Of a DNA stretch of 64,000 bases, positions 60,578 to 64,000 are shown piece after piece. The position numbers were made by a program, and so were the translations under genes. The first letter of the stretch is position 1. The number at the start of each line of letters is the position of its first letter. The notes under the pieces were generated by a model, which saw only the letters and a list, made by a program, of their open reading frames with translations, did no database searches and was not told the DNA's origin. Origin of the DNA: Rhodosorus marinus CCMP1338 (taxonomy: Eukaryota > Plantae > Rhodophyta); assembly GCA_029953675.1 (NCBI GenBank), contig JAMWBK010000003.1, positions 3,224,001 to 3,288,000 of the forward strand, in the 5' to 3' direction.

Positions 60578-62556
60578 TTAGCCAATACTCATAGCGGTCG
60601 TTCCACCACCGGTTCTCGGGTCTATCACACAAGCTGTGCTGTTCGTGAGCCCCGCAGCAATGAAAGTATCTGAAGCGTTCCAGGACGTCTTAATTACACC
60701 AGCATCACACTGCCACGTTCGGATGAGACTTCCACTCTATGTTTTGGCAGCCGTTTAGAGGCGTTCTCTCCTGTCAGTAAAAACTCCCTCGTAGAAACAA
60801 AACAGGGAATCGCAGATCCCTTGGCCTCTTCGGATACGCTTACCTTGACACTCCATAAGCGTACAGTGTTGTCGTAGCTTCCACTGACGATGTAGTTGCC
60901 GTCTTGGCTGAAAGCTATTGAATAGACAGCATCCTGATGCCTGTTCAATGTGTTCAAGCATTGGCCAGTGTTGATGTCCCATAGCTTGACGGTGGTGTCG
61001 AAAGACCCAGTCGCTAGCATTAGAGTCTTGTTGGACGTTGGGCACCAAGCTTCAGCCAGAATCTCCTTCTTATGCTCTCGTAGATCATGCACTGGGGTTG
61101 ATTGACCCATCGACCAAATCTTTGCCGTGTTGTCATCGGAACACGACGCCAGCAATTTCCCAGACGGGTCCCACTGTATCATGTTCATATCATCTGTATG
61201 TCCAGTGTACGTCGCGAGAGGCTCGTCTTCCCCATACCTGCAGACGAGTATACTCTTGTCACTTGAGCATGATGCAAAGGTAGTATCATCCTTCCAATCG
61301 ACCCAAAACACAGCGCCTGTGTGGAAGCAGAACTGCTTCAAAGCGCGACCTGTCCACCACGGGAATACCCATTAGCGGTTGAATGCTCTCACCACATTCA
61401 GGTATTGGTCAGTTCGTTGCTTACCGTTGCTTGCCTTCCAGACCACCACCGTTTTGTCCATGCCACCACTGAGAAGATATTCACCCTTTCCGTTCCATTT
61501 AAGAGAGAACAGCGGGTCCTTGTGATGGCTTAGCACATGAAGAAGCTCGCCAGATTCTGACCATATTCTAGCCATGCCATCGCTGCAGCCAGTCGCAAGC
61601 TTTGTACCATCCGGGCTCCACTCCAAGTTGGTCACACTATGCCGAATGTTTCCGGATTCTTGGTCATGCCAGAGCTCTGTCGGAGAAGCCACGCTCTCTC
61701 CTGATTTCATCGGGACTGAGTCAGGTATCGACCAGATCCTGGCCGACGCGTTCCCCCCGGCATCGGAGTCCCCGGATCCACACGCGAGGAGGCTCTTGTT
61801 TGGATTCCAAGCACATACGTACACGTCTGCTGTATGACCTTGGAGGATCTGGTGTAGCAAGTGCGTTCCCCATGGTGAGTTTCTAGAGCAATAGGCTGCC
61901 CACCTTGGACCATAAAACCATCCCGGTCTTACCAGTGAGTTGTTCTCGGAAACGACAATTTTTTCTGCCGTACTTTCAGAAGGTTTCCCGGCATTGTTAC
62001 TATAACCACCACCAACGCCGCCCTCGGCCTGAGCATCGTTCTCCTCTTGTGGGTTGTAAGGACCAGGCTGACTAACCAGCGCTCGGTGTACATCGATGAG
62101 TGAGACGGGCCCGTCATTGACACCATCCGCGGCGTCCTACAAGCAATCGCGATAAAGTTAGCTGGGTAAAACTACCGTTGGACCTTCAAGTCCGAAGACT
62201 AATTTGACTCGAATCTTACGCTGAGAGTGCTCTCAATAGCTACATAACTCAATCCTCGTTGCAAAAATGAAAGCAGCGCTCCTGGTGGTATTTGTGATCC
62301 ATCAATATTGCTCTTAACAATGTGGCTCTCATACCCAAACGCGAACGCAGAATGTACGTATCCTAGACAGGAGATAGAATTTCCCTCAATTGAAATGAAA
62401 AAATAGGAAAAGCAACAACAAAAAAAACCACAAGCAAGCCAGTTTCCATCCTCGACCAGGTCCTTACTAACTCCACTTACCGCTCTCCTGCAGGTACCGA
62501 AAGACGAGGTAGTTCACCTCCTCCGAAGTCACCGTATTGTTCATCGGACCCTTCAT
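60578..62556 (-). CDS. TBL1: TBL1/HOS15-like LisH plus WD40 corepressor subunit, multi-exon
   Basis: LisH TSEEVNYLVFRYLQESG|YVHSAFAFGYES...IPPGALLSFLQRGL, followed by WD40 repeats (LQGHTADVYVCAWNP, HKDPLFSLKWN, GHTDDMNMIQWDPSGKLLASCSDD). The last exon ends ...SIG at the stop 60580-60578. Confidence 0.94.
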
Positions 62557-63527
62557 CTACCACATGACAGTATCTCTGCGTACATAAATAATGATCATCC
62601 ATGTACTTATGTACAAGATATCTTTTCATTGAATCACCAACATCAACCACCGACATCCAACAAAGCCCCACCCCATCAATTACCTGTTCAAGTCCAAATA
62701 ACCATGCAGGGCACTTCGACCCGCAGCGTGCCAAAGCACGCTGTAGAATGGCGGCGGGTGTACGAGACGTCTATGAGCCCTGCCTATGGGGTCCTGGTTT
62801 TAGAAATTGGTGGTTATACAGCTCACCCTTAGTCGTCTGTTCGGCGGAAACACCTTACGTTGACCAGTTCAGGAGTTTCCATTGCGACAACTCATAGGAC
62901 AGGGCGCAAAAACCTCTGCGTCCAACTGGAGAGTGCGTTTGAGTTATCTAAAACAGGGTATCGCTATGGGGTATGCGGAGGATCTGAAACCATCGCAAGT
63001 CCTTCTGTCCCAACAGGCTTGGTGCATTAGGATTTTCCCAACCATTTTGCTGAAAACTGCAATACGGGAACTGGTGCCGCTGGGCTTGACTTGGAATGTT
63101 GAAGTCGTAGTAAAAGAACGGATAGAAGCGTTTCGAGCAAAGTCAACCTCCTTTGCTTGCACAACCACGCACCTCTCGCGTTCATGATTTTCACCCGCTA
63201 GCCTTGGCTGGGACTTTCTCCGGGCCCTCAACGATAGTTCGATAAAGAAATGGGCAAGGTTGGAACGCGAAGATCTTCCGGATAGAAAATCTGCAGTACC
63301 GTTACTAAATCGAAATTTCCCCGCAGTTTCGAATGAGTCGTTCATTTTGGGAATTGAGACTTTCCACGATGCCATATGGCGCAGCCATCTCCAACCGGTC
63401 TTGCTGTGCTGGTTACCAAGTTGGTGCTTCCGCCTGCAGTCTGTGAGTAATATTAACAGAGGACGCTGATCGGCTAAATACTCTCGAGATCACCACGGCA
63501 AATACAAACTGGGGAGCAGCTTTGAAG

Positions 63528-64000
63528 ATGGCGGAGCCGGAGACCGAGCTAAGGACCGGTGCAGCTGGGAACTCTGAAGACAAGGGCGACGATGATTATA
63601 GGACACCAGGGTCAGCAGTAGTTGATGACGAGGGGAATGGTGGCCCGTGTGCTGAACAGGACAAACCGGTGTCCTCCAAAGCAGATCCTCGGAACGGTAT
63701 GCAGAAACGCTCGCGTTCGTTTAAATGTTTTTACAAAATATGATTCTAACGTATCCTTTCCCGAACATCTGCAGAAAGTCGGAGACGTTCTGATGACGTC
63801 GGCTGGCAAAAAGTAGAGGATGTCTGTGAGAAGCTGAAAAACAATCAATTCAAATCTGTCGTAGTTGTGACTGGAGCTGGTATCTCTACTGCTGCAGGTG
63901 AGATCAAGGGCAAAGCTCTCGTCAGTACGTGAGAACATGTTAAAGCGTGATATGGTGAAAACTTCTCATGCTTTTCCTTCAGGAGTTCCCGATTTTCGAT
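63528..64000 (+). CDS. Sirtuin (Sir2 family) NAD-dependent deacylase, 5' partial
   Basis: Exons 63528-63696, 63775-63897 and 63983 to the window end give VVVVTGAGISTAAG|VPDFR, the sirtuin signature. Confidence 0.9.

Noticed and set aside
62944-63375. 143-aa ATG ORF in the TBL1-sirtuin divergent spacer
   Set aside because: No motif and an atypical Ser/Arg-rich composition. Likely a chance ORF, though not excluded.
969-63938. Many long antisense or alternative-frame ORFs in the track (e.g. 969..1442, 14280..14828, 48829..49401, 49070..49807)
   Set aside because: They are shadows of the real coding exons on the opposite strand or frame.
27991-64000. Apparent cluster of chromatin-related genes (BRK, BAF60, TBL1, sirtuin)
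   Set aside because: These are common gene classes dispersed among unrelated genes, with no evidence of functional clustering.
1-64000. CRISPR arrays, rRNA and telomeric repeats
   Set aside because: None seen. The only direct repeats have two or three adjacent copies and no spacers.

Overview
Compact eukaryotic nuclear DNA (roughly half GC) with short GT-AG introns, mostly about 60-140 nt, so the ORF track splits most genes into exon fragments. Plastid transit peptides with an early Phe motif (MAFIP..., AGFVG), the intron style and the gene content suggest a red alga; this is inference, not a database match. About 20 protein-coding genes can be assembled by hand. In order: an orphan 129-aa ORF; two GH36 alpha-galactosidase paralogues (the second carries an inserted two-helix hydrophobic hairpin); a tandem-C2 copine-like protein; the 37-aa OST4 (absent as such from the ORF track); a full-length FANCM with ERCC4 and HhH modules; a CBM9-like protein; a GLDH homologue with apparently degenerate active-site residues; a plastid-targeted unknown; a tandem-BRK protein; an alpha/beta hydrolase; RPN3; a SPRY protein; a two-domain glycosyltransferase; a PHR2-like truncated cryptochrome; SPOUT1; BAF60/SMARCD; a Gfo/Idh/MocA dehydrogenase; an MFSD1-like transporter; RPS26; TBL1; and the 5' part of a sirtuin. 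A decayed Ty3/gypsy chromovirus lacking PR-RT lies at about 55-57 kb, preceded by a 410-bp inverted-repeat-bounded unit directly downstream of a G-box/CCAAT/TATA array. Other non-coding structure includes a perfect 30-bp-stem hairpin (26.2 kb), a 12-bp hairpin plus a 37-bp tandem repeat (41.9 kb) and a cluster of four CACGTGTC motifs (42.7 kb). No convincing tRNA, rRNA, snRNA or CRISPR array was found. All family assignments come from remembered motifs, and splice sites were inferred by eye.
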